A stretch of 63,988 nt of DNA, filler included, from Dimargaris cristalligena (GCA_003614675.1; 3 parts of 3 records of this genome joined end to end with filler, not necessarily neighbours in it); one strand, 5' to 3'. Counted from the whole stretch's first letter, positions 13,289 through 26,047 are shown. A program made the numbers and translations. The notes: a model not told the origin generated them from the sequence alone.

Positions 13289-13706
13289 ATCATTGGGATT
13301 CCTCTTCCGTGTGGTGATCGTTAGTTTATATTCCTTTTTTTAAATTGCACTGCCCCTATCTCCGACGGGGAGGGGGAGTCGTGTGGTACCCCGCCTCTTT
13401 ACTCCGTTTCATTTTTACATTTCTACTAGGCTAAGTTTTGTCAGCAACGTGCATATTCTGGCTTAGGACTTTGGTTTTCTTTGTCGTCCGTCTCGTTTTT
13501 TCTCATCCGTCTTTATCATTTATAAATATGAGCATTTATACGGATGTCGTTCGGTGAGCCAAGTTGTCTTATATCCTTTCCCATCAAAATACCCCTCCAT
13601 CAGGCCATACAGAGAGAGGGACCGGCTAACCGCTGTTGGGACCAGGCTTAATCCCAGAAATCTCTAAAAAGCGGCTTGCGTTGAAGATAAGGTGTAAAAA
13701 TAATAT

Positions 13707-13842
13707 GGGTGAAGTTCAGCTCAATTGTATAAGGTTTTACCTGATAAGCGTATGGGGAAATCGATGGGATGTTTCTTTTCAACCAGTAACATTTGCCTCA
13801 TCAAATGGATTTTTTGTTATACAGCCTTATTGAACTACTCCC
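13707..13842. mobile_element. 136-bp MITE, copy 1
   Basis: GGGTGAAGTTCAGC...TTGAACTACTCCC with imperfect terminal inverted repeats and ATAT on both flanks. Colinear, same-length copies at 57932 and 61895. Confidence 0.85.
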
Positions 13843-14458
13843 ATATCATGCTTTAGATCAAGTTTATCTGAGTGAGAGTAGTCCCCCCAAGCCATATCCC
13901 TCTATTCAATTGATTTAAACTATAATTTTACCCGTTTCAATTATAGCTCGAGGCTAAATTCAGCCCGAACTCAATGCGTAGAGGAGTGGGGCATATGATT
14001 GTCTAAGGCATTGCCGATGGCTACTATTTTATGGGCATCAGTTGGTACCTGTGTTGGTGAAAGCACTCCACCGACGACAAGGTCCTCTCGGCTTAATTGG
14101 GTCTGATTTAAATTTACCATTGTAGAATACGTGGCATTCAGGGATATTTCGGCACACCTCCATGGTTACCCTCAGCCTCCCCTCCCCCGCCTAACCATAT
14201 ATACTACTATGCAACACTCACAAACATATGCAGAAAGGTAGCTATTCGCCTTGGGTTTATAGAAAAAAAATACAGCTTTAACTAAGTAAGGGTGCTCCCA
14301 AGTGGAACTTGAAAAATTCGAAAGATGGCTTAGCCAAGTAATTTATGTGACGAAAGTGAATGGATAATTCCGACATGCCGTGTCAAAGAGAGCGAGTGGC
14401 TGGGGAAATGCTGGGACATACTGTGGCCCGTGTGGGCTAAGTGCCGCACCCAGTCGGT

Positions 14459-17400
14459 CTATTGGGCCAAGGCGCCCATGGGGTCCCAGGGGGCTAGAAC
14501 AACGGGCTCCTGGTCGAGTAAATCCACCAGCTCCTTGGGCAGGTCCTTCTTGTTCAATACAATCTGTCAGTCGTACGCCAGGTAGACGCCAAATAGACAG
14601 GGCAATATCAAAAGAATGGATGTCGTGCGATATAGATTACTATTATCAAGTCGATATGCATGAGACCCAACATCAGTAGTATAGAATATATAGCGTCCCA
14701 TTGGGCTTGGCGCTTACCTGGTACAGATACTCGTCGAACCAGCGGTCAGACATGCAAAGGAACCCCTTTTCGCCCGAATCTTCGCCTAAAGATTAGGAGA
14801 CCCCAGGATAGCGCACAATCGTAAAAGAGTAGGTTAATAATCAAAGGAATCCGCGGTTGGTAAACACTGCCGGGCAACTGTTCGAGAAACCACGCCTAGT
14901 TTAGCTGTGAATTATGATTTTGTCCCAACGCGATTAATAATAACCGGCTCATTCGACCCATGTTAAACTAATTTACTTACCCCATGAATTCTCAACACGC
15001 CAGCGTACTATATATTGGAGTAAAACGAATACGATTCAAGCCGGTATAGGTCTGTCGAGCGTTAGTGGCGTAGGTAGATTTCCAAGAGCTCGTGGTGGGA
15101 ACTGATGCAGCAATGCTGTAGTTATAGAGGTCTCAGGGGCTATGGTAGGATGCGGACTTACCGGATTTGCCGTCGCTGTCCAGATGAACACCACTAAACA
15201 TCATGGCGTGTGTCATCAGACTTTCGCGATACTCGAGTCGCTGGGCCTTATTCAAATTGAGGTCAAAGCCAAAGGCCGAGTGGTAGTCGATGGCCTCCAC
15301 ATCTAGGACACCCGAGCGACGCACGTGCGATTGCCCAACGTCACAGCCAAACCATACAGGTTTGCCCTCCTTGAGGGCGGCGGCGGCCAAGGCCTTGAGT
15401 TGGTCTACTCCCAGATTCAAGTGGCGGACCTAATTAGGAATGGAACACGAGGAAGAGTTGGGGAAAAGGTTAGACAAATCTTGCTGATCAAAACTCTAAA
15501 CGACGGTATCCGTGCCCGCGAGAATAAGAAATGTAAAGACGTATGCCACTCAAATCGGGCTGATGTACTAAAAAGGTAAAGTCGATTTGATAACTGACCT
15601 GACGTCCCCCTTTGACATTGCCGAGGTAATCGACGGTATAGATCTTCTTGTACTCGTTACGCGGGTCATTGACAATCGAAACATAATCGGGCAGCTGAAA
15701 TAATGGAATAGACACCAAGTATAAAACCATCGTTGGGCGATTCAAATTAATACAGTGGGGTTTCGAAAAGCACAAATCGGTACGATGGGTCATTCCAGGA
15801 CGGATATTACACTCCATGCTATGTGAGAATGGTCCCAAGGCCTTGAAAGGATGTCACTTACATGCACTTTGATGTGTTTGTGGTAAAACTCCAGCGGATT
15901 CAGGTCGTTATAGGTCTGGAGTTTACCGTCCTTATCCTGGAACTGCCAGTCGAACGCCTTGGGCGGTTCACCAATGGTGATTGCCAGGATCTTGTATATC
16001 TCTTCGAGCATTTTACTCTTGTGGTTACGGATTTCCCTGTAGTGTATACGGAAGGCATCAAGGTCCCACACAAGGCGTATAGGCCACACGTTCACCAATT
16101 AGAGTCGGAGAGGAGGTGAGGGAGGCACATCGGTTGGGATGCCCGCAAATAAATTGGCTGATAATAAAGAGCGCGTAGGCCAATTTGCCAGGTTGTTTGC
16201 TTTGTCCTCTTAAAAGAACGCAAGTAAAATAATAAACAGTCCTCATAGTAACTTACTCGCCAGAGACCCCGTCCGAATGCAGTTGGCGGATACGATGGGC
16301 ATAGTCGCGGAGCTTCTTTTTGATCAAATTGTTCAGCTGACCAGTGTTGGAAGTATGGAAGCTCTCGGGGAAATTTTTCTTGGGCACCACGCCGTATTTC
16401 TCGACAATGGCCACGAACATGTCCCACTGGCCGCCGTCCTGGGCGGGATCAGTCAAGAGGAAGCTGACCGTCCGGTCATCCAGGGGCTCGTCCACCAATT
16501 CAATCATGGACTCCAAAAACCAATTACATTTTTCCAGCTTATCGTAGAAAAAAACGTAGGGCTGGGAGAGCTCTAGATCATCCGCTTTGTACCTGACGAG
16601 TTGGAAGTAAGGGGGCGGCGTACAGTAATCCAAAAGGGTAGGTATTCAGATTAGTAACCATGCGGATACGTGTGCAACGAGCCGTAGGCCTTGTCCCAGA
16701 AGGAACAAATCGCCAGCAAAACGAGGATGATAAGCGACAGTGCCGCGGTAACACTTACTCGGACAACATGGGAATACGCAGAGCATTCAGACCGGCAAAG
16801 ATCCAACAACGACCACTCGATTTTTGGTTGGTGATCTTGCCTGATTCCAGTCGAGAACATAAAAAGAATGAGGAGGTGGGGATGCAGACGGAGGTACAGG
16901 CGTTAAAAGATAAATTGGGGCCATCAGTTATAAACAACACTGACTTTGGGGTAGAATAAGCATATGTTCAAATCAATCTATACGAGGTATAATGCACGTT
17001 ACCTTCCAACTCCAGTTTCTCGGAAAAGACATGCGGGAGATCCAGCACGGCCTGGAATAGGGCGCAGATTTAAGCCGGTACAATAGCAAAATTCGGTAGG
17101 CTATTGTTTAATATCAGACCAAGGCAGCCATAGGTGAAAATACACGAGTGGATTTTACCGGCACGGGACATAAGGGTAATGCAAACCGGAAAGTGGAGCT
17201 AAAAGAAAGGGGTGGGAAAACTTACCTTGCGGTTAACCAGGGATGCAAGGAGCTGGTTGTCAACCAGGGTATTACTTGCCAGGCGGTTGCGAGGGTCGCT
17301 CTCGAAGAGGTTCCTAAGATGGGGCAGATTGGTGCATGGTCACTTCAGCATAAATAATAAGCCATATCGCACAGGGATTTGGGGCGGAAAAGAAACCATC

Positions 17401-18057
17401 CTCGGTGCCTGACTAAATTGGCAATGGGAATCGGTAAGTTCACCACCCATTTGTAATGGGGGAAGATAAACTGTAGCGTATAGATGGATGTATAATAATA
17501 GAATACCCCAAGTGGCAAAAGGGAAGAAATGGATGGCCCGTGGATCAAGACAGCGCAGCAACCTTAACTATACCAATACAACCATATAGGGACGTGACCG
17601 TCCATCGTAACGGTCACAGGTAAGTCATAGAATGCCAAAGTTATAACAGGATAGATTCCCTGCTATAGCCAGTTGAATAAAAGGGGGTCGCCAGCTTAGG
17701 GTCAACTCCAGACTAGCAAAATTGGGAAGGAAAGGTCGAGCTTTCACCCCGTTGAAGAGAGCGTTTCCTTCGGGAGTAGAAGAGGAATAGTACCTTTCAC
17801 GGTCCAACACAAGAGCCCCATAGTCAACGAACTAGACGCTTGCAGCGCAAACAAGAAGGGACAGGCAGTCACTCATCCCAATAGGTGGGGTTTAGGTAAG
17901 CAAGAAAATGGGGGGGGGGGCTCCGCTGGAGGTCTTAGGACCCTCCATGTACAAGGAAGTGGTCTACTTACTGGAAATCTTCAACGTCGCCCAGGGAAAT
18001 GACAGCGGGGTCAGCTTCGATGGTTAGGTTGTCAAGCTTAGCCTGATGCAGACCCAT
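14459..18057 (-). CDS. LAP3: Bleomycin hydrolase / cysteine aminopeptidase (peptidase C1B, Lap3/Gal6); 11 exons 18057-17972, 17313-17226, 17051-17003, 16840-16759, 16592-16257, 16036-15862, 15694-15599, 15429-15162, 15007-14981, 14785-14718, 14563-14459
   Basis: Catalytic motifs NQKSSGRCWIFA (Cys), LMTHAM (His), WRVENSWG (Asn), plus DGGQWDM, VWFGCDV and the family C-terminus PWDPMGALAQ*. All ten introns are GT..AG with phases consistent. Confidence 0.93.
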
Positions 18058-20035
18058 GGTGAATGAGGTGATGGGTAGGGGGATAAAGAGGATAGTTAAT
18101 AAAAGGGAAGGTGAGAAAACAAAGCGCAACGAAGGTCGAACGGAAGCAAGAAGGAACGGAACGATGGGACCGCGCGGAGTCTTTATAAATTTAGTGCAGT
18201 TAGGACAATCATACCGGCGGGATAGAGTAGTAGTAGTAGTGACTTTAGAGGTGATTGGTGCATATAGCGAAGTCATGTGTATATGCTCCGCCACTGGAGC
18301 TGCTGAGCTCATGGGACCACTACTGTTTACATACTAATAGAGGGGTGCACCCCTCCTTACCCTCTCTATCCTATCCTATCCATTACCATCACCTTTTCCA
18401 TTGACTCATTACTGAACATGCCTGCATTAATATTGTGCTTGCCCTACAAGTCCCTAGGATCCTAGCGATAACTCAGTACTTAGGGGCACCACGGGTGGCC
18501 CCAATTAACATAGCGGCCCCTCTTTAGCAATCCCTGGTTCACCTGAATGGTGTACTCTTCCCCCCCCCCACGGAGCACATGTGGCCCCATGCACCCCCCC
18601 TGGGACTGGTCGACAAAAAGAGACCAAGGGCTATTGCAGTGGCCTCAGAGTCCGCTAACCACTTGGGTGGGGTAAAGGAAACGTGACTGGATTACACTGT
18701 ACCGGCCGATAGGTGCGCCGGGCATGACTCAGCCCTTCGTTTCCCTGCGCGATCTACTTCCGCTTGGCACCTGCCTATTTGCTCAAGTGCGGCGAAGGGC
18801 GGGTGGGATCACCGTACCATGATGGACACAAGGTCCCATTAGTGATACATTACGATGGTAGGGACTCTTGGTATTACTGCTTGAGTAAATGCCCACTTTC
18901 ACAGGGGGGTGAATTGAGCAATCGAGGCGTACCAATGCCGGTAAACAGCCAAACTAGCTGCGGGACCCAGAAACTTTTAACGCATAACGAAACAGGTTCA
19001 AGGTGCCATCTACAGCTGGCCAGGACCACCACCAACTATGATGGCCCAGCGAATAGGCATGGGGTATTCATCATTGGAAATAGAACCCGATTGACGCACC
19101 AATCCGTCCAATAGAGCCACTCCACCTCTCCAATTCAGTCCATAAGTTTACAAATATCAACCAGGGGGGTGCTTGACTAACCTTAACCCTAACCCAAAGA
19201 GCACATCACCCCCATTGAGTGATTACACATCCAATGGAGTGGCGGGTGTGCAGTGGCTTCTCAAGGTTGATCTGGTTGTGTCAATCTCCGGAGTAGCTCT
19301 GTTCGAGGCGGTCTCCTTCGTATCCCAACCTCAGCTGCTGTGTACGAATAAACACCGCCTCTCCTTACCTACGGGGCTAAAGGCCCCTACATAACGCCCT
19401 TGAACAGATCAGAGACGCCCAAATTAAAACTACAACTAGCATATTCAAATGTAACCAAGTAAAAGGGACAATGGGCCATGTCCCCTTCAATCGGCCGGTT
19501 GCTATAAGCCAAATTAATGGCATGCCTGGCTTTATCTTGTCCGTGGCAATTGTAATAATACCACCGCTTTAGGATCACCCTCGCCAGAATAGTAATAACA
19601 ATCGGTACTTTTCATACCCATATCCCAGTCCTACTGCAGTACCTTTTCTACGTAAAACTGGCAACGACGCGATCCTTGTTTGTAATAATACAGTCTCCCC
19701 CAACGCCTTATACATTGGCACAATAACGTAGTGAACTTGTCCGCCATCTATAAAAGAATCAGACCAACGAAAGGGCCCGATTAAATTTTAAACGTGGTAA
19801 AATAGATCAGGGCAAACCCTCTCAGCAGCAATACAACCAAATGTAAGCGACACTACTCATCACCAGAAATAATACTTAAATAGTTTAGTCAGTGAAGAAT
19901 ATATTTAATAAACACATGCAAATTCTTGTGGTTATTCAAAAATCATTAAAATAGAGGGTAAACGGGGAAACCGCAAAAATAAATCAGTGGGGCACAATAA
20001 TAGAGCTTAAAAATAATACCGCCATAAGCAGTCGA

Positions 20036-21664
20036 TTAGCGCTTGTTGGCACGGTAATACTTGAGGCCCAGGCAGAGCATAAAGGTATTGAAGCCAATGA
20101 AAACAAACAGGATGCCGAAATTGCGCCACTTGTTGTCCACAGACCATTCCAGAGCGTCGGTGAATTCCTGGCCCACCTTATAGGGGCAGTAATCGCAAGT
20201 GCCGGTGGCATTCAGATCGCGAATGTAACCGGGACCAACCGACAGGAATTCCTTGGCATATTCGTAGCAAGTGTTGCCATCGGGAGGAGTGAATTGCAAA
20301 TACTCGGTGTCCTTGCAGGTAATCTTGGTGTCGTGGAGATCATTGGCAATAACCCCTTCAATATAGTAGTGGTACGGATTGGCCCAGTAGAGCCAGCGGC
20401 GCCAAAAAGCGGGCATCTGGGGGAACGGGATAGTGACACCACAGAACAGGGCTAGAATCGAGGTGGGGAAGGGGTTCACCAACGAGGCAACAACGGCGGA
20501 GGGACTGAACGACGCCACCATAAACCCAAAGGACATGGAGTAGAGGTAAAAGGCGACCAAAACGATGAAGAAGTAACCGACCCGGGCGCTCTCGTCGGCC
20601 AGGTTCACGAACCAGTACAGAATCAAAAAGAACACGGTAGCGGACGCAATCACGTAGGGGATTTCGGTAACCAGCATGCCGGTGGTGAAGGCCTTCCAGT
20701 CGTACATTCCACTGGCTTCCTCGCGACTAAACCAGGTTCGCCACGCCACCAGCTGGGGTTGGACCTGATTGATGATTAGGATACCCATAACGGTGGTTTG
20801 GAAGATCACCATGACTCGGTTCTGCAGATCGGCAGTACCGTGGCCCAGGCGTAGGAAACAAAGTCCCAAAATAATAGCCACCATGAACTGAAGCAGGAAC
20901 CGGTTAAGATTGTATTCGGGATCGCGCCAGTATGAGACATAGTTGCGTTTAACCACGTGGCGGCATTGCTCAAAGTAGCCGAGGGCAAATTCCTTGTGCT
21001 CATCGGGGTCGCCGGACACATTGGATTGGCCATCGGACCGGTGGGATTCGAGCACCTCGGTCAACCGGTTACGTTCATCGGCAGCGAGTTGCGAGTTGCG
21101 GAAAGTATCGGGCCAGTCAATCTTGCCCTTGGCACCTACCACGTCCAAAATGTACTCGGCCGGATTGGCGTCATGCGGGCAAGGGTTGGCACCATGCGAC
21201 TCAAAGTAGTTGATAATGGTCTCGCAGCGCGGACCCAGGTCACCAAAGTACACCATGTTACCCCCAGGGGCCAGGAGCAGCAGTTGGTCGAATTGCTCAA
21301 ACAGCATGGAGCTGGGCTGATGAATGGTACACAGCACGGATTGACCCTCCTGGGTGAGTTTGCGCAAGAAACGCACGATACTGAAGGACGCCTGAGCATC
21401 CAATCCGGAAGTGGGCTCATCCAAGAACAACACCTTGGGCTTGGCGACCAGCTCAACACCAATGGTCAAGCGCTTGCGCTCTTCCATCGATAAGCCAATG
21501 CCGGTTTCGGAGGAACCCACAAGGGCATCGGAAATGTCCTCCATCTCGAGCAGGTGGAGAACCTTCTCGACAAAGAGGTCCTTTTCAGCCTTGCTCACCG
21601 AGGCGGGCTGGCGCAGGTAGGCCGAGAACTGGAGGGCCTCGCGAACGGTTGAGTTGGGGTTATG
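20036..21664 (-). CDS. PDR-type ABCG transporter, second NBD plus TMD2; 5' part lost at the contig end
   Basis: Frame open up to the N linker (HNPNSTVREALQFSAYLRQP). Degenerate signature LSMEERKRLTIGVEL, Walker B LFLDEPTSGLD, CTIHQPS, NPAEY, six TM segments and a Cys-rich extracellular loop. Confidence 0.92.
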   Translation of the reverse strand, partial: HNPNSTVREALQFSAYLRQPASVSKAEKDLFVEKVLHLLEMEDISDALVGSSETGIGLSMEERKRLTIGVELVAKPKVLFLDEPTSGLDAQASFSIVRFLRKLTQEGQSVLCTIHQPSSMLFEQFDQLLLLAPGGNMVYFGDLGPRCETIINYFESHGANPCPHDANPAEYILDVVGAKGKIDWPDTFRNSQLAADERNRLTEVLESHRSDGQSNVSGDPDEHKEFALGYFEQCRHVVKRNYVSYWRDPEYNLNRFLLQFMVAIILGLCFLRLGHGTADLQNRVMVIFQTTVMGILIINQVQPQLVAWRTWFSREEASGMYDWKAFTTGMLVTEIPYVIASATVFFLILYWFVNLADESARVGYFFIVLVAFYLYSMSFGFMVASFSPSAVVASLVNPFPTSILALFCGVTIPFPQMPAFWRRWLYWANPYHYYIEGVIANDLHDTKITCKDTEYLQFTPPDGNTCYEYAKEFLSVGPGYIRDLNATGTCDYCPYKVGQEFTDALEWSVDNKWRNFGILFVFIGFNTFMLCLGLKYYRANKR

Positions 21665-21764
21665 NNNNNNNNNNNNNNNNNNNNNNNNNNNNNNNNNNNN
21701 NNNNNNNNTTAATTAATTAANNNNNNNNNNNNNNNNNNNNNNNNNNNNNNNNNNNNNNNNNNNN
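21665..21764. other. Artificial contig-joining linker (N44-TTAATTAATTAA-N44)
   Basis: The 12-mer puts stops in all six frames. Genes on both sides are cut mid-CDS and unrelated. Confidence 0.95.
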
Positions 21765-21765
21765 C

Positions 21766-23475
21766 TACGACACTCCTGAACCGACCCCGGCCGCTAGTCA
21801 TGCGTACCCGCAGCCCTCCGCGTCGCCCGTGGACCGGACCCTGACGCCCGAGGAAGACTTCGCCCTCGCCTACTTTGTCGACCACCTGGCCTCGCCGTTT
21901 CCCCTGGTGCACTGGCCTACCCTGCGCTTACAAATCGCCCAGCGCCAGGTCTTCCGGCCCCTGCTCGACAGCATCTGTACCCTAGCCCTTCACTGTTCCC
22001 GCCACATGGCCCGGCACCCCTTCGCCGCCCGGGTCGAGCACCTGGTTGAGCATTATGCCCTCACTTTCCGCTCGTCCGCCATGGAACTGTGCAACTATCC
22101 CAGCACCGACCTGATGGTGGCCATTTTCTTGTTCGGGGTCTACGAATACGGCCGCGGCAAAATGGTCTCCTCGAATATGTACTTTGACATGACGCTGCGG
22201 TTGGGTCGCACCCTCAAGGTTCTGCAACGGGACGAGGAACAAAAGTACTGCGGTCGGTCCGCGTCATCAGTCCGCCATTCCACCCTGCTGACCCTGGGGG
22301 ACCATATCCGAGTCGAATGTTTGCGTCGCGCTTGGTACTTTGCGCTGCTGGCCGACTCCGTGGAGTCCTTTACTTTTGACCACCGCCCCAAGTTCCACCC
22401 CGAAGAAATTATGGTGGCCCTCCCCTGCCCCTCGCGGGACTGGGACCGGGACTGCTACGCCCTTCCCGACGAGGTGACCTTCTCCGTACTGACCGCCCAC
22501 CACGGCCATGACAGCTCGTGGCTCAACCACCAGATCAAACTCCTGACCATCGCCCAGCGTGTGGCCCACTTCAAGGCCGACCTGGCCGTCGGTCGCATCG
22601 CCCGCTTGACTCCTCTGCACCCCGAGTATCAGGCCATCGAGGCCCTGTTCCAGACCTGGGAATCCGCCCTTCCCACCATTTTTCCCCATTACGAACAGCG
22701 CGTGGCCTCGCATCTCCTGCCCGCCTACTTCTTCCTCAAACTCTTCTACTACGCGATCCGCATCCTATTCTATCGCGCCATTTGCGAGCCTTCCGCCCGC
22801 CACCGCGCCCCACCATTGCTCTCCCCCCCGGCCGACTACACCCCGGTCGACGCGGGCAAGACCCCCGTCACCCCCTCTTTTTATACGGAGCTGTCCAAGA
22901 CCGCCTGGTCCCAATGCCTCCAAATCGCCGCCCTTTCGGCCCGCTGCCTGCTGCTCCACGGGCGCGAGGTTCGCCCAGCCGACCACCATCCCCTCATTGG
23001 CTTTTCCCTCTGGCACTCGGGTACCGTGCTAATCCAGCAGAAGGCCCGCACCAGTCGGCCCGATGAAATGGCGGCCCTGCAGCAGGACATTGATATCCAC
23101 TACTTCTATCTACGCAAATCGGCCGATGTATGGCACCGTGATATTTACGAACGCATGAAACAGCTGGACTGTCCCACCCCGGGCACGTCACCCCTTATTC
23201 CGGTCGCACCCGTCGGTTGCCCCCGGATTTCTCTCTCACCTACCACACCCAGTCTGCCCCCCGCCGGTAAGCAGGGTCCGGAACTCTCCGAGCCTGTTCA
23301 CCCAGTAAGGGCCTTTTCGGCCGATGAAGGAGACGACCGGGAGACTAAAGCCGTCCTACCCCCGCCGGGATTGACTCCCAGTCCCCCCGGATCCCTGGAT
23401 GCCGCCCCCATAGCATCCCCGCTTACCTCCGCCTATCCGGCCAATGGTGCCGTCAATGAACCGCTCCCAGTGTAA
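21766..23475 (+). CDS. Fungal-specific transcription factor domain protein, 5'-truncated (DNA-binding domain probably in the missing part)
   Basis: Frame open from the contig start. YFVDHL..FPLVH, LLDSICTLA, ECLRRAWYFALLAD and V.LPC....W resemble the middle homology region of Zn2Cys6 factors. Confidence 0.75.
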   Translation, partial: YDTPEPTPAASHAYPQPSASPVDRTLTPEEDFALAYFVDHLASPFPLVHWPTLRLQIAQRQVFRPLLDSICTLALHCSRHMARHPFAARVEHLVEHYALTFRSSAMELCNYPSTDLMVAIFLFGVYEYGRGKMVSSNMYFDMTLRLGRTLKVLQRDEEQKYCGRSASSVRHSTLLTLGDHIRVECLRRAWYFALLADSVESFTFDHRPKFHPEEIMVALPCPSRDWDRDCYALPDEVTFSVLTAHHGHDSSWLNHQIKLLTIAQRVAHFKADLAVGRIARLTPLHPEYQAIEALFQTWESALPTIFPHYEQRVASHLLPAYFFLKLFYYAIRILFYRAICEPSARHRAPPLLSPPADYTPVDAGKTPVTPSFYTELSKTAWSQCLQIAALSARCLLLHGREVRPADHHPLIGFSLWHSGTVLIQQKARTSRPDEMAALQQDIDIHYFYLRKSADVWHRDIYERMKQLDCPTPGTSPLIPVAPVGCPRISLSPTTPSLPPAGKQGPELSEPVHPVRAFSADEGDDRETKAVLPPPGLTPSPPGSLDAAPIASPLTSAYPANGAVNEPLPV

Positions 23476-24637
23476 GGGGGCCATCTAAGTTCTCCATTGC
23501 AATGGGAGAAAATTCGCTAGCCGACTGCCTCCCAGACGGTGGTAGGTAACTATGGTGGACCTTAAATAATTGATAACCGGATCGGGTAGGCCCAGGCGGT
23601 CGGGTCAGGTGTCACAAAGGAACCCACCATTTCCTTGGGTGAGTGATTAGAGCTGGGTGTTTGGTGGATTAAGCTGACCTACAATATCCACCACCACCAC
23701 CACCTCGCCCCTTTGCATATCCGGTACTTCTCGCTCTCTGCAAGCGAAGTGGTGTGACGTTAGTGTAGTTATGATGAAAGGAGTCCGTCTCTGATTAGGA
23801 CGTGTTGCGCCTTGTGGCTGGGCGGGGAGGGGTAATCCTTGCCGCTGTTCCTTTGTACGCGGTGTTTGTCTATGGACATGGACATGCACTTGCAACCCAT
23901 CGTTCCCAGAGGGTTAAATGCTGATGTGATAGAGGATAGACCCGACTGGTCTCTCTAACAAGTCTACAAGACCTAAACCATGGCAGCAAGGCATCAAAAG
24001 TGCATCTTCCTCATATTCAGCCTCCTTCATTACTCGATTCATTTGCCGTATCTTCTCCGGCCTATCCTATACCGTAGCTTAATGCAAAATGTTGGCGCTT
24101 ATCCTTCTATAGCTTCATTAATAAATATACCACTGTAATTTTATTCGACATGGCTGCATCAGTCAATAGAACAGTTCCAAAACGGGAGACAACCACCCCA
24201 TTGCGAAGCTAAGAGGAACGAGCGTATTTCGGTCTGATTCAACTGGGTTATATTCGGGTATAGCCATATCATTAGCCCTCCAAGTGACAATTATTGCTAA
24301 GCTATATCAACCATAGTTAATAGATAAACTCCGAATATGAAGTAGCCCTGGGTAAAGGAATAGAGGGGGAAGTCGGGGGTGTAATAAACTATAGCCTGTC
24401 TGCATACTCCATAACCCTTCTTGTACAACCCCACCCAAGGCAATCTATAGCCTCCCCTGGGTGAGCAAAAGCAACTCTACCCCTAACATTGATCTTCCAC
24501 CCCCCGAATACATACTCTGTCATCCTTCCATTTAACGACAGTTGTATCCCATTCGCGCCTCATTCTATCCATCTATATTTTTTGCTGTTCATTACTCCAA
24601 ACTCGCGTTGTTCTTGGCATTACGTCCCTCCTCGACC

Positions 24638-25381
24638 ATGGTAGGTGTTGCCTACCCGTTTTTCCTTTCAGACCCGACCAAGCCACACCCCAGACTTACA
24701 TCCAGTCAAGGGGGTCTCTGATCCGGCATATATGCCCTCAGGAAGGGGCCGAAAACCCACCCGGCAGCCGATACTCGGAGACTAACCAGCCTCTGAGCCC
24801 ATGTACATTTGCTCTCCCCCTGCGTTCCTCCTATAGCTTTTCTACTCGTTTTTCAAAACTCTCGTCGGCCAGGCGGTCACTGTGGAGCTCAAGAATGACC
24901 TATCGGTGACTGGAACCCTGGTGTCCGTCGATCAGTTTCTCAACATTAAGTTGGACAACATCCGAGTGGACAACGAGAGCGAGAATCCCCATATGGTACG
25001 TACCAAAAGCCTCATCCCCCCTATCTATCTCCTTTACTACTCACCTACCTTGACCGCACCAATCTACCCATTCCCATACCCATGGGCTCCAAAGTCATTC
25101 ACGCTTCTCTGTTGGTTTGACCAGCTCGAGGTATTAATTTCTACCCTGATAAATCATCCACCTTGGTCTCTCATGGACCATTTCACCAATATTATTATGT
25201 GGTTGGAATGCTTTCCCTATATCCCGCCAACGCATCATAGATGTCGGTCAAAAACTGCTTTATCCGCGGGTCGGTAGTTCGGTACGTGCATCTACCCCCG
25301 GCCGCTATTGACACCGCCCTTCTGCAGGACGCAGCTCGCCGCGAGATCCAACCCTCCACCGCCGCAGTCCGTGGTGCTTAA
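24638..25381 (+). CDS. LSM2: U6 snRNA-associated Sm-like protein Lsm2; exons 24638-24640 (ATG only), 24837-24995, 25241-25381
   Basis: M|LFYSFFKTLVGQAVTVELKNDL..GTL.SVDQFLNIKL..PHM|MSVKNCFIRGSVVRYVHLP..DTALLQDAARRE; canonical splice sites. Confidence 0.94.
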
Positions 25382-26047
25382 ATCCACCATTTTTTTTTCT
25401 AAACCAAGTTGACTAATGAGTGCAGACTTGATCAACTTTGTAGGGTTTTCCCTGGTGCGCTATCGTAAACTAAAGTGGGGTGGTTGTGCCCCATGACCGA
25501 CTGACCTACCCCCCTCCACGGGGTCTCCTATATTTATCAGTATACTCATATAGCGAATATACACCTACCCAAAATCTAAATATCACTTGTAAGGAGTTTA
25601 ATTAAAACACATGCCATTCAAAAATAATCAAGTGGTGAACTGATTTTATGTATAGGGAAATATGTACGTATGGCGCAATATGTATGTATTAGTACTACGA
25701 AACCAAATCCATCAAAAAAATAAAATAATTAGTACCCTTGCGACCGTGTCTGGTTTAGCAACAAAGTGCACTGGTGCTATAGTTCCACCATATTAGGAAC
25801 GAAGCTATGCAGACGGATTCCTGGCATCTAGTAAATTAGGCCAAACCTGCAATCCAAAGAGGCACTGTGCTAAACGTTCAATTTTTAAAGGGAAATAAAT
25901 GGCACAATAAAAAATAGTAGTAAAACTTGGTTAACGTGCTGGGGAAATGTACTTCTACCAACCCCATATCTATATTGATGCCAATTTAAACATTACAGCA
26001 CCCGTGTCTTCTAAACCGCACTATTATATAACCGGGAGCAGGGAACA

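Noticed and set aside
13885-14000. Weak inverted repeats next to MITE copy 1, suggesting a second MITE; similar weak cases at 24249-24338 and 43539-43565
   Set aside because: Short, imperfect matches with no second copy in the window.
17560-17625. ACTTACCTG plus a hairpin as a U1 snRNA gene
   Set aside because: No U1-70K loop, U1A loop or Sm site at the expected spacing.
21665-21764. TTAATTAATTAA palindrome within Ns (also 43417-43516), and the apparent ABC transporter plus TF cluster across it
   Set aside because: Synthetic contig spacer; the neighbouring genes are not shown to be linked.
23771-23924. ATGATGA...CTGA as a box C/D snoRNA
   Set aside because: No terminal stem and no rRNA-complementary guide that I can identify; motifs this short occur by chance.
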